NCBI GenBank assembly: GCA_964016885.1 | Contig: OZ024740.1 | Span: 221,030,001 to 221,094,000 of the forward strand | Reading direction: 5' to 3' | From: Eledone cirrhosa | Lineage: Eukaryota | DNA: 64,000 nt | In this document: positions 38,918 through 51,155 of the stretch, piece after piece | Layout: the number at the start of each line of letters is the position of its first letter | Numbering within the stretch: position 1 is the stretch's first letter | Made by a program: the position numbers and the translations under genes | The notes under the pieces: generated by a model | What the model was told of the DNA's origin: nothing | Databases searched by the model: none | The model's input: the letters and a program-made list of their open reading frames with translations, nothing else

Positions 38918-39254
38918 TAATAATAATATTAATAATAATAATGTCCGTTTACAATTGTTTCGCTACTCCATATAATATTTCTGGATCAAATGACTACATA
39001 TCATTATTGATCTGGTTCAGTTGAAAATAATTAACATATTTAAAGACAGAGCAGCTCATTGGAACTTCAAAGGAACATAAATTAAAATAAGGAAAGAATG
39101 TTACATAATGTAATGTTCCATATATTGGTATTTCACTATGGTGTCCTGGGTGTATCAATTGTCTGCCATAATCAAGTAGTATTCATCTGTCGAGGCTGCA
39201 TTGTGTGAGATCTGCCTATGGGTAACAAGATATTTTAATTTATATTCCTTTGAA

Positions 39255-39373
39255 GTTCCGATGAGCCACTCTGTCTTTAAATATGTTAATTATTTTCAAC
39301 TGAACCAGATCAATAATGATATATAGTCATTTGATCCAGAACAATTATATGGAGTAGCGAAACAATTGTAAAC
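39255..39373 (+). ncRNA. Hammerhead-like motif with CCGATGA core and very large loop II
   Basis: gtt-CCGATGA-gccactctgt...(~75 nt)...atggagtagc-GAAAC-aatt-GTA-aac. Decayed mirror copy at about 38947-39065. Confidence 0.5.
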
Positions 39374-39649
39374 GGACATTATTATTATCAATATTATTAT
39401 TATTATTCTCTATATTTCTTACATCAAACTAAAATATGTTGACAATCTTTTAATAATGTCTTCCTTGTGAAATTTGTGGTCTTGTTTTGCTTAACTAATG
39501 AATATATATATATATATATACATACATATATATATATATATATGTGCATGTGTGTATTAAGTATTTCCGTAGAAAAGGTAAAGGCAAAAAAAGAGTGCTC
39601 TATGTATTGTACAGAGCTATTTAATTACATAATAAACAACACAATATAA

Positions 39650-39726
39650 TTATTTGATTATCGAAGGTTTCAAGAAACTAGATGATTCTTGCAATAAACA
39701 TCCAGTTCAATCGTCAGATGAAATAA
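39650..39726 (-). ncRNA. Mirror-image hammerhead motif, left arm of fold-back
   Basis: Minus strand: ttatttcat-CTGACGA-ttgaactggatg...catctagtttctt-GAAAC-cttcg-ATA-atcaaataa. Confidence 0.55.
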
Positions 39727-39730
39727 ACAA

Positions 39731-39807
39731 TTATTTTGTCTGACGATTGAACTGGATGTTTATTGCAAGAATCATTTAGTTTCTTGAAACCTTCGGTAAT
39801 CAAATAA
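39731..39807 (+). ncRNA. Hammerhead ribozyme motif, right arm of fold-back
   Basis: ttattttgt-CTGACGA-tt-gaactggatg...catttagttt-ctt-GAAAC-cttcg-GTA-atcaaataa. Confidence 0.65.
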
Positions 39808-40187
39808 TTATATTGTGCCGTTTATTATGTAAATAGATATATATATGGTATGGTATGACTTGAAGGTGATGTAGGGGCGTCATATTGACATACAGCATTC
39901 CTTGGGGCATTTTAAAACCTGGTGGAGCTCATCTCCTCTCCAGGTCTGAATACAGCAGATTTCTTCTATAGAAGGATGAGAGTGAGGCAAAGGAAGCATA
40001 AAAGAGATATTGAGGAAGAATCAATGCCAGTACTAGACTGGAACTTTTTTTTATCGACCTTGAATGGATGAAAGGCAAAGTTGACCATGGCGGAATTTGA
40101 ACTTAGAGAGCAGAGAGCTGGAACGAATACTGCAGAGCATTCTATCCAACATTTTAACGACTCTACCAATTCACTGCCTCTATATAT

Positions 40188-40630
40188 ATATTAATTGATT
40201 AAAATAACAGGAGGCCAGACTGGTGATGTTCCTTTAAAATGTTATTGTTGCATAAATCACTATATATATTTCAATGGTCTGGTTACATTAGATCCTGGTG
40301 ACATCATCAGGTGCAGATTGCATAATTAGTTAATCAATAAAGGAATTACAGCAAACACAAACAAAAAATAGAGAAAATATTTGATTTGGAGATTGCCCTT
40401 GAAATAGGTGTTATTGTTGCTGTAGACCATCTCCAAATAACAAGCTCGTCAATGCAAAACATTGTGAGTTTGGAAGGCGTGACCAAGGTGGGTGTGGGGC
40501 TTGTGCGGTGGCGACATAAGTTCTTCTGTCAGAGATACTACAAGGACCTTATGTAACCAGGCCATTGAAATATATTCCTTTAAAGGAATATCACCAATCT
40601 GGCCTCCTGTTATTTTAATCAAACTAATAT
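40188..40630. repeat. Fold-back F7 (~100-115-bp arms, ~230-nt spacer)
   Basis: gattaaaataacaggaggccaga / tctggcctcctgttattttaatc and tttcaatggtctggttacat / atgtaaccaggccattgaaa. Confidence 0.9.
40258..40313 (-). ncRNA. Minimal hammerhead ribozyme motif
   Basis: Minus strand: cac-CTGATGA-(31 nt, weak stem II)-GAAA-T-atat-ATA-gtg. Palindromic stem III. Confidence 0.5.
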
Positions 40631-40842
40631 TTAGCTCCGTTTTTGCAAAAGCCATAGGATTCAACAGCGACAATGGAGGAGTTGTGTAGCATAGAGCACT
40701 TTTCCTATTATTACATCATCGTTAACTAAATGGAATGACCAGTTCTATCTATTGGTGAACCACAAAACATAAATGTGTATATATATATACAGGGACAATA
40801 AAAACACAATCAATGTTATATACTATTATTAATTGTTTGACT

Positions 40843-40939
40843 TTGAGGTTAACTTTGCCTTTCATCCTTATGGGGTCGATAAAATAAAGTACCAGTAATC
40901 TACTGGGTAATTGCTGGCCTTGTGCCAAAAGTAGAAACA
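40843..40939 (+). mobile_element. 5'-truncated SINE family A
   Basis: TSD attattaattgtttgact. Confidence 0.9.
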
Positions 40940-41218
40940 ATTATTAATTGTTTGACTATAGAAAAAATCCTCTCTCTGATATAGTCAAAAAATCTTTATG
41001 AACTTTCAGCATGATATCTAATAGTGTAATTGAAACACTTCAAAACTGCTAGAACTCTAAAGTTACTATCTACAATTAAAAAATACTTGAAAATAGTGAT
41101 TATATATATATATATATATATATATGCGTGCGTGTGTGTGTGTGTGTTAATTATTTCCGTAGAAAGGGTAAAGGAAAAGAGTGCTCTATGTATTGTACAG
41201 AGCTATTTAATTACAGGT

Positions 41219-41400
41219 ACAGGCATGGTTATGTGGTTAAAATGTTTCCTTCACAACCTTATGGTTTGGGGTTCCATTCCACTGCAAGGTACCTCAAGCA
41301 AAAGTCTTCAACTATAGCCTCAACTTGATCAATATTTTGTGAGTAATTTTGGTAGACAGAAACTGTAACAAAACCCTTTGTATATGTGTGTGTGTGTGTG
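41219..41400 (+). mobile_element. tRNA/CORE-like SINE family B (other copies near 3240, 12070, 13037, 29547, 43316, 56535)
   Basis: ggcatggttatgtggtt...ggttccattccactg...ggtagacagaaactg, ending in (TG)n. Confidence 0.7.
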
Positions 41401-41472
41401 TAAGAGCATCAGTTTGCCCCATATTGATGTTTAAATCAAGTGGTGTCATTTGTTTATCTCCTAGGTAAATAA

Positions 41473-41615
41473 TTGTTTCTACTTTAGGCACAAGGCCATC
41501 AATTACCCAGTGCATTACTGGTACTTTATTTTATCGACCCCGTAAGGATGAAAGGCAAAGTCAACCTCGGCGGGATTTGAACTCAGATCGTAAAGGGACG
41601 TAACTATGCTGGAGT
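41473..41615 (-). mobile_element. 5'-truncated SINE family A
   Basis: TSD taggtaaataat. Confidence 0.9.
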
Positions 41616-41986
41616 AGGTAAATAATATGTCCCACAATACAATGGTACAACAAAAATGACCAGTATCTTCTCTAAATGTAGGTTAGCACCAAGAAAAAAG
41701 TACCCAGTTATAGAATAAACTGTCTCAAATAGTCTCCTTTAACAGATTCTAGTATTCTATAATGACGATTACATTTATTCCCTACTTTGTTTTTTAACAT
41801 TTCAATCAAAATGGTTGAAAAATTTACAAACATATATATATTTTAAGTTTCAACTCTCCATACCTTCAAGAGAAGTTTTGTAAGTTAGTAAGATATGGTT
41901 GATTATATCCTATATTTTCTATATAAGCTCTGGTGTCAAGAACTTCAACCAGCTTCTATACCTACTATTTAAAGTAATAGTTATAT

Positions 41987-42390
41987 TATCATCATCACTT
42001 TTACATCTGACTTTTTTTCATGCTTGGATGGGTTAGATGAGTCCTCTCCTCTTATCTCTCTCTCTTGTTTTTTTAATTATTGTTACTCTTTTATGAGGTT
42101 CATCATTCCAAGATCTACTACCACCACCTCTGCCTAAGTCTTCCTTGGCCTACCTTTACTAAATCTTCTTTCCACTTGAAACTCCTGGCACATCTTCACC
42201 CAACAATCATCATCCATATACATTATATGTCCATACCAGCATAAATTCTCTTGCAAAGTATATCTAATTCCTCTTATATCCAATTTTTCTCTCAACTCAT
42301 ATCAATACACACTAACACTTGCTTAATTTCTTCTTAGCCTTTGCATATCTCCAGTGTTCAATATAGACACTGTAACAATACTCAGGTTAC
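41987..42390 (-). mobile_element. Old RTE 3' fragment
   Basis: Decayed tgctggtatggacat and ggtaggccaagg blocks; (GAT)n tail. Confidence 0.6.
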
Positions 42391-43484
42391 ATCCTCAATT
42401 TCTTCCACATCTCTCCAATATTCTGACAACAAACAAGGAACTGCTGCCAATAAATTAAAATTATTTTACCATATCCTAACTAAGCCATGTTGCTTATGAA
42501 ACACATCATGGTTTTATTAAAAAAAAAGTTGGACATGAGCTCTCAAATGTACATATTTTTAAAACAAAGCCAATAAATATGTCTTGTGCTCGGTTGACCT
42601 GCTAAAAATAGCAGCCAAAACACCTTCCATTAACAATACATCACCTTAAGAAAGGAAAAGGCAATGGATAGTGTCAGAAAATAATCACATTGATCATTGA
42701 CTATGGCTGGAATACTTTTGATCAAAGGCCTACTTAATCAAAGTTGACATAGGGCTAAAAAACAATTAGTAGAAAATTTGGTAATGAAAAGAATGGGAGC
42801 CACTGAGATAGTAGATAAAACTCTTTTGTCTTCTTACCAAATTATCAATTATGTTACATTTCAATACAAGTGTTTAGAATAAGTACAATTGTATCCCTAC
42901 ATGTCATAAGAGATGACTAAAAGGGTTTGTACCAGGAAGGGCATCCAGCTGTAAAAAACACCCGGATTAGAGTGAAATCTCTCATAGGGCTTTTAGCACA
43001 GAAAATAGCCTTAAAACGTTTATTACTGTTACATTTTTTTATAAAACTGAGTTAATTGAATCAGCTTAGAATCCACTATGTGGTCGGATAAACTGTTACA
43101 AATAACAATAAAAAATTTTCCCTGAAATCATACCTTAAAATTAAGGACTTTGTGAGATGATATAGTCTTAGATACTGTATTACCAAAAAGATGGGATGAT
43201 TGTGGAATATTGATCATAGATCAGCTAATCAAGGCTAACCCAAGGTTAAAAAACAGCAGTTGCATAAAACATAGCAAGATTTTTATGCATATTTTACATG
43301 TTTTTTTGTTAATCAGTACGGCTGAATGGTTAAGTTTTCTCTTAAACCACGAGGTCCAAGTTTTGATCCCACTGCATGGCATCATGAGTAAATATATTTT
43401 ACGATAGTCTCAGGTCATGTCAGGCCTTGTCGGTGAAACTGGGTAGATGGAAATTGTTTGGAAGCATGTTAGATAGCTACAGTC

Positions 43485-43760
43485 TGTCTTGAGCCCGGAG
43501 GCTCATCAGGCCTGTGCTTTTCCTAGTTTCCATGGCATTAAGTGATTGAGAGTACAATACTCCCCCTGGACAGGACACCAGTTCATCGCTGAGTTAAACC
43601 CCCAGCAATTGCTGGTACTCATTTTCAGCTGAGTATACTGGAGCAACATGAAACAAAGTGTTTTACTTAAAAACACAAAACACACAACTCAGTCCAGGAA
43701 TTGAACCCATGACATTATGATCGTAAATCCAACACCCTTACCATTAGGCCACAAACCTAC
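43485..43760 (-). mobile_element. tRNA-headed SINE family C (related copies near 7420-7645 and 18765-19030)
   Basis: Head gtggcctaatggtaagg...gggttcaattcctgg; tgagtaccagc; cctgtccagggg. Confidence 0.7.
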
Positions 43761-46554
43761 ACCTGTTAGATGAACTGCACTTATAATTCAAAAGTCTGGC
43801 CTTGTCATACACTGTGTCATGCTGAATCTCCCTGAGAATTATGTTATGGCTACACATGATTGTGGAATACTTGAGTCACACATTAATCTAACAACTAGGC
43901 TGTTTTGTTGACTGAACAGCTTGATTACTCATTGCCAAAACCGACAGAAGTTAATTTATTTATCCACAAATCAATTATAGACATTTCTTAGTAGGAACAT
44001 TTTAAATATGAAGATGTTACTTCAACTACTTGAACCTTTCACTTATAGAAAGATTCATCATAATAATCTATGTTTACACGGTTTAAATTATTTCTGAATG
44101 AGATTTCAGCATCAGTTATTTTGATTCACAATGCCTCAAACATGTAAGTGTTTGAAAAATATTCTTACAAAAGCAAATAAAAATGCTATTTATGAAAACT
44201 AGTTGCATCCTTCTTTCATAAACTATGTATGAATTCCAGCATATGTATTTTTTCTTTCTATATTTAAAAATAGATTAATATATATCGAGTTTATATATAA
44301 TTTTTGTCTTTCATTTTAGCCTTTGTGTTGAAACATACATTCAACAAATTTGATAGTCTAATTCGACTGTATTTTTAACATTATCAAAAAAACTGAAGAA
44401 AAAATAAACAAGCAAAAAGTTATAGTGCAGACATGATTCTTTGAACAATAACAAGAATAGAAACATAGATAATATAATTTGTAAACTAACAATCACTGCT
44501 GTATTTATCACTCTTCTTCATCCAACTGACTCCCAGAGCAATGACTGATGCTACAGTATGTACTAAAATACTTCCTTCAACCCTCATACTCTCTTCCAGC
44601 TGGTAGTGATGTTTATAGCGTTCTTGAGAGGTGTCCAAACTAGTTAATCAGTTATTTTGAAGCATCAAATTTAGCTCTTAGAGCCCATAACATCAGCTTC
44701 CATAAACCTGGAGTAAGACCAGATGACCAAATTACATTTCTTCAGACTGGCTTTTAGTAAATTTTTCCACCTTTACTTTGATGTTTGCTAATATTCAACC
44801 TAGGTTAGAAACACATTCTAGATAGAATTATGGTTACTGAATATTTAGGACAATCTTCTAAACTCTTTTGGACTACTACCTCCTTTATTGAGAATATAGC
44901 TAGAATACTTTGATCATAAGTCGGTTTAATTTTAGAGCTGACCTGAGGTTAAGCAACAACAATTCATAACATGAAAAGAAGATAATTCTAATGTTTCAAG
45001 TAAATCTTAAGAAGTGCCATTCAACACACTTTCTCATCTCTTCCTGATAAACAACCTCGCCTGAAATGTTAGCATTCACTTCTTTTAGTAGAGGGAATAA
45101 TGATCAACTAGAGAGGGTATTCCAGCCATGACCATCCTGCATTTTTTCCAGAGTATATCAAGGATTACAATTATCTAATGATAATTTGCTTTTCTTTTTA
45201 AGGGTAGGGTGTGATTTGAGTAAGATTTGGTTGCTATTTGGAGATGGGTGTTGTGTCGAAGGAGACAGAAATGGATGAAGAACTAGAAGATGTAAGTGCA
45301 CAACATTTTAGTGAAGATAGATGTAGAGAGAGAGAGGGGGGGAGAGAGAGAACAGAAAGAATGAGGAGAGAAAACATTAAATAGGAAGAAATAAGGTGAA
45401 GACAACACATGCTAAAGTGAAAGTGGGAAAGAAGTAAAAAAATGAGAAGGAAGATTAAAGAAGAGAGAGGGAAGCATACAGATGAGGGTGGAGAGAAGAC
45501 ATCTGCAATTCCAAATAACAAAATAAAATGTAAAACGTTAAGAATGAATGAATGTTAATATTTATAAATTTTCAACATACATTTTATACATTCAATCATT
45601 CTCGTTTTATTTACTTTTCTCTTTATTTATTATTTCTTTCAGTCATTTTATTTATATATTCTATGGAATTCTTTATAGATTTTTTTCTTATTTATTTATT
45701 TATTCATTCATTACTAATGCTTCTAAGAATTTCCATTAGAAGAAATCACTAGAGAGCTCAAAGTTGGTACACCCTCAGGTTTCAACATATCGAAAGAAAG
45801 CTATTTAATAATGTAATGATTACAGTGAGAAAACTATCGCTCTTGAAGATTAATTCCAAATTCCAAATTTTAAATACAACACACACACACATCCTACTGT
45901 ATGAAGTAAACATTACTATTAAGATACTGTAAAAGTATGCAACAGTTCTTTTATTTTAAAAGAATTCTGTCTTTCCATTACTGATACTAACTAACTGTTG
46001 GTTGTAACTCCTGGCAGAAGTGTCACCACTTTTCCTGTGACAGGAGGTGGGATTTGAACTCAGAATTCATTGAGCCAGATCAGACACTGCAAGCCCTCCC
46101 ATACAATGTTTTAAAAGTTTATGCCAATCCACCACCTCTGGTGTTATTTTATCATAAAGTATATACAGTAAGGCATTGCTGTGATTTTCATCATCCATTT
46201 TCTTTTTCAGATTTAATTGATGAATATAATTTTTTCCAGTGATTTTCATGCAGATGCTCAGGATTGGGGATGCCACACCTAGCCGGGTGCAAAAAGTTAT
46301 TATATTTTCCATATAAAGTTTAAAAGCAGATGCAATAAGTTAACACCTTAAACCTTTCACAAAACACAAGTGGTAGTGTTTGGGGGAACCAACATATCTT
46401 TAGCGCTTAACCTTAATTTCTGTAATGAAATTTTCTCTGGAGTCCTGATTACTAATCACATACATCAAGGGTAAACTTATCCCACTCAGGGTAAATTGAC
46501 TGACTCTATTTGATTCTAGTACTGGATCCATTCATCATTAGTTGTTGATAATTA

Positions 46555-46893
46555 CTGTATATACTCGAATATAAGACGAGGAATATGTGACAACCCCGCT
46601 CCCTAAAAAAAAAGAAAAACGATGGTAACATAATTACCAGCCTCGACTTATAAACAATGTTTGGATTTTTGGCCATTTCTCAGACATAAAATAGAGTAGA
46701 GTCTGCTGATATTTGGATCGGTTTATATACTCAAATATAAGCCGAGGAATATGTGCCCAAAAAATGGGGCTTGGCTAATATTTGCCATCTAAACGTGTTG
46801 ATTATCTGCCTCAGCTTAAAAAATGAGGTTTGGATTTTTGCCCATTTCTCAGACATAAAATAGGAAGGTCTGTTTATATTTGAGTATATATGG
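46555..46893. mobile_element. Same Tc2-like MITE family, with internal duplication
   Basis: TA TSD; ctgtatatactcgaatataa / ttatatttgagtatatatgg; internal repeat of the left end near 46725. Confidence 0.85.
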
Positions 46894-49800
46894 TAAGTAA
46901 AATAATGTTTGTTTTTTGCTAGCTTTGTTATTTGAATCTAAAATAATAAAATAAGGATCAGTATTTTAAATGTCCTCTTTGTTGGTTATTGTATTATGGT
47001 AGAAATGTAAACCAAAATGACTGAAGAAAAGAGGATAGGAGTAAATTTACCATTGGAAAATTGCCAGAAGTTAAACAGGATACAAAAGTTGGGAACATCT
47101 ACCAAACAGTTTGATGAAAAAAAAACAAAAACAAAAACAAACCCAAAACAATAAAACAAACAAATCCCTAAATGATATAGAATTATGAGTCTTTCTTGGC
47201 AATGTTATTAAATGCCTGATGAATATTTTAAGGGGTGATTTACAGAATGCCAAATACAAAATATTCTCAATTGAAATTTTCCCCTCAGAGAGAGAGTTAG
47301 AGAAATTTCCTAACAGTTTAACTTGCCTAAGAATTTTTAAAAATACAGTCACAAGTATGGCAGTGCAGTTAAGAAGTTTGCTTCACAATGACATGGTACC
47401 GGACTTGAAAGTAAGCACTGGGACTAAAATCCCTTGAAGGTGGTGCCCCAGCCTGGCTGTAATCCAATGTTTGAAACTAGTAAAAGAATAACGAATATAT
47501 ATCCTTCTGTACCTCACCCTTTAACTTTTTTGACATCAACCCACCTGAAGTTGCCTTTGGTTTTATATTACAAAACTTCTAATTTTAAAGTGCTCATAAT
47601 CAGGTTCAAATATTGTATTATAATTTTATGTTCCAAAGACCAGCTAAATAATGAAAAGTTCTCTTATTTTACCAAATCCTTCCAATTTTTTTCTATTATT
47701 TTCAAAATTAATTGCAACACATAGTGTATTTCATTAGAAACATGGTAATAAGAGTTAAATTATTTTGTGTAAATTCATGTCATTGGCACAGTTGAGTTAT
47801 TTCCCTTAGTTCATTTTATTGTTATTAATTATGATGTTTGCCCTGAGAGGTGAACTCCTGGCTCTGAAGCTGGTATTTCAATTCTTTTTATTGAATTTTT
47901 GGATTTAATTAGATTTAATGGATTTTTATTGATACCATTTTCATTGATCTAAGAATTTATTCTGTCTCTACACTCAAAACATTCAAGATCCAGAAAGTGA
48001 CCAATGATTTGAATTCTTTTTTCTTTTTTATGATTTAGTCAGGAAGAAAGGGTAGTAGCTAAGATATTTACAGGCCTTCTGAGAATGTTGAGACAGATAC
48101 AGTTGCACTTGTGCCTATATTCACAACAGAGGGGTTGGGAGGGTTCTGAATAGTGAACCCACACCATCCTGGACAGAAGGTGGCCATGCATAGTGGTTAC
48201 TAACAATGGATGCACAGGTGTCACTAGGTTCAACATCATTAGAGCTGGACAGCTGAGTTGCTCCATATGGTGAGCATATCTTAATCTTTTTGATACCAAA
48301 CCACTTTGGTTTTATGATGCACAACTGCTCATTTCAAAATGTTCATATTTATATTAAAACCTATCAAAATATTATTTAAGAAATTTTTGTTAAGTAATGT
48401 TTCAAATATCAGCTTACCAAGAAATGGTTAGTTATCACATTAGAAATGTAGTAACAAAATGGTTAATTACTTCTCTCAAAGAAACTCCTTTTATATGTCC
48501 TTTTCAGGGCTCTGGGACCACTAAATAGAGTAGTAGATGAAAGTATGGTGCTACAACTTTGGAAATTGTTCACCTAATAACTAGTAAGTGTTTGGCCTGG
48601 AGTCTGGTTGTGACTAGTAGTTTTGAACTCTGTTTCTGCAAATAGTTTACAGTAAAACTGTCTTTTAAGAAATCCAAATCCTAATAATCAGTGGTTTCCA
48701 TAATTGATACTTCCATTGCAACTGTTGATGCACCATCCTAAAGTATGCATGTTTATGACCGAAGACCACTTGCGAAAATCCTATCTCCAATGAAACTCTA
48801 TTATCAACATGAATCCACACACTCATCAGAATATAAATAATTAATACAGTTGATGTTCAGCTTCAACATCTATGACACAATATTTGTTGGAAAAATTAAA
48901 GAAAACCTAGTTGGGCATGGAGAGGAAATTCCAAAGGAATGATGTTTTTGGGAGATTGGTTGAAGAGTTTAGTACAAGGTGTAAGATATAGTACAGCGAT
49001 GAGAGAAGAACAGAAGATAGTGTGGTGACTAGGCTAAGTTAAAGGAGGTTGTATGATGCCTGTGTGTAGAGCATGATGTTGCATAATAGTGTGATATGAT
49101 CATTGAACACAAAAGACATGGAGAAGACAGGAAAAAACTGGCTACTATGCTCCATTGGATATGCATTGGAACCTAGTTAAGATGGATTTAATGATGATGA
49201 TCTAAGTGAGTATATGGCTGTCAGTATATTTAATGCATGAAGTATTAAAAGATAAAGTAGAATGAAATATGTGATGAAAGAAAAATATTAAATTCTTTAT
49301 AATTATATAAAAAAAAAAAGATCAAAATATTATTAGCCAATGACTTAGACATTTTCATTTTCTCCCAGAAATTTAGGAGGAGGGATTCTGGACAAGTTCC
49401 TACAGAAGTGTAACCAAAACAGTAAGAAATGAATAATTAAGTACATATATTTAAATGTAAAATAGAATCTAAAATCTAAGAAGATTGGTGCTGGTCTGTT
49501 TCAGCAACAGCTAATCAATAAGGAATATATATTTGTTGGCACAGCAAAGTAGAATTATTTAGAAATTAAATAATTCTGAAATGGAATCTGCATGATAAAT
49601 AGTAAGTAGATATCAACAACATATTTAATGTGTGATGTATTGATTAGATGAAGTAGAATAAAATATACAGTGAGAGAAAAATAAAATTAATGTTAACAAA
49701 TATATGTAGCAAATTATGATCCCAATAGACTTCCATACTAGCTTCTGTCTTGTCCTCACTCACACACATAAATGTACACCAACATCCACATATATATACT

Positions 49801-50679
49801 GTTAATTGACGCTCACAGCCATCTGCTGTGGTTTACCCACCATACATTTGTTAACTATAATCTGATTGGCTAAATTTGTTGTACCAAAATTGTTTAACTA
49901 TACTTCTATTAGTTATAATTCACTTTGTATCATGTTCATGCTGTCTTATTAGTGTAATTAAAACAGTTGATTTTAGAACGAATATTCCTATTGTCTTACT
50001 TCCTTTATTTCTTCATGCATTTCAACAGACAATACAATTTATACTAAGTATATATTTGTATATATATATATATTCAACAATTTATTTACCAATGCTTTCC
50101 TTCATTTTTGAGGATTTAGTCAGAGAAAGAAAGACATGCCTACAACTCATTCTCTCAGGGTCTCTGAAACTGGTGGAAGTAAGGGAGGAAGTAGTATCCT
50201 CAGACAGAATGCTTGCAATAAAATGGACTATTAAAAGAACTTAAGGACCAAGTCATGAGGTGAAACCTAGTTTAGGCATGTCACTCTAGTGTTGGTGGCA
50301 AAATATAAGTACCCAGTCCATGCTGATGATAGGAAAGATACCCAGCCAATAAAACCATACCCAACTTATGTGTAGCATGCTCTACAGAAGAGGACTCATC
50401 TAACCAATGCAGGCATGGAAAAAAAAAAAGATGTAAAAATGATAATGATGATGATATGAAAAGAGGAAACACAGATACTATCTTGATTGGCTCTGGTATC
50501 AAACAGAAACATGAATATATATACATATACCCACACAAAATCATTTCTCTCACTAGTAACGTATAAGTGTGCACTCTGCTTTCCTTTTTGGTTGGTATCC
50601 TAGTGATGCTGGGTTAATTAAAGCATTGAGTGAGTGACAGATATACCGGTTCTTCCCATGACTTCATTTCAATATTATT

Positions 50680-50899
50680 ATAATGAAAGAATGAAGAATA
50701 ACATGGTCAGCTGTACTACAAGGGGCTTTATTTCAGGTATTAACAATTGTTTCATTGATCAGGTGAGTCTAAGGTCGAGTGACGCAACTTCGAGTGATTA
50801 GCGGCCTCTAAACTCACCTGATCAAAGAAACAATTGTTAATACTTTAAATAAAGCCCCTTGTTGTACAGCGACCATATTATTCTTCAATCTTTCACTAT
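50680..50899. repeat. Fold-back palindrome F8 (~90-bp arms)
   Basis: aggggctttattt...tgatcaggtgagt / actcacctgatca...aaataaagcccct. Confidence 0.95.
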
Positions 50900-51057
50900 T
50901 ATTACTCCAAGTATAACCTGCATAGGAATTCTCGTGAACTCGCTGCCTAACTATGGAAACCTCTTGTTGAGTCAAACAACGCCGTACGTTAAAACTATCC
51001 ACAATACAGAGTACTCACAACCTCTAACTGGATTACCTATAACGATGACTTGTTATC

Positions 51058-51101
<44 letters not shown>

Positions 51102-51155
51102 ACATGTAGTTGTCAGCAGAGAGAAAAGATCACTCAATACTGAAGTAGGGCTTAA

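Larger units (their letters stand above)
38606..39505. repeat. Fold-back palindrome F5 (~275-bp arms, left arm interrupted by a SINE)
   Basis: 38606-39088 (minus SINE 38731-38917) is the reverse complement of 39231-39505. Confidence 0.95.
39625..39832. repeat. Fold-back palindrome F6 (~100-bp arms)
   Basis: ttacataataaac...tcgtcagatgaaataa / ttattttgtctgacga...gtttattatgtaa. Confidence 0.95.
38268..41214 (+). repeat. Local direct duplication: 38268-39629 (with ~1.06-kb insert) versus 40983-41214
   Basis: tctttatgaactttcagc...cttgaaaatag and tatttccgtagaaa...tatttaattaca each occur twice in the same order. Confidence 0.9.

Noticed and set aside
43495-43512. CTGATGA followed by a small stem at a SINE 3' end
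   Set aside because: No GAAA or stem III follows; part of the SINE tail.
47051-47098. 48-nt AG...GT-bounded open segment (minus)
   Set aside because: Mediocre splice sites and an unconvincing peptide; expected by chance on a T-rich strand.
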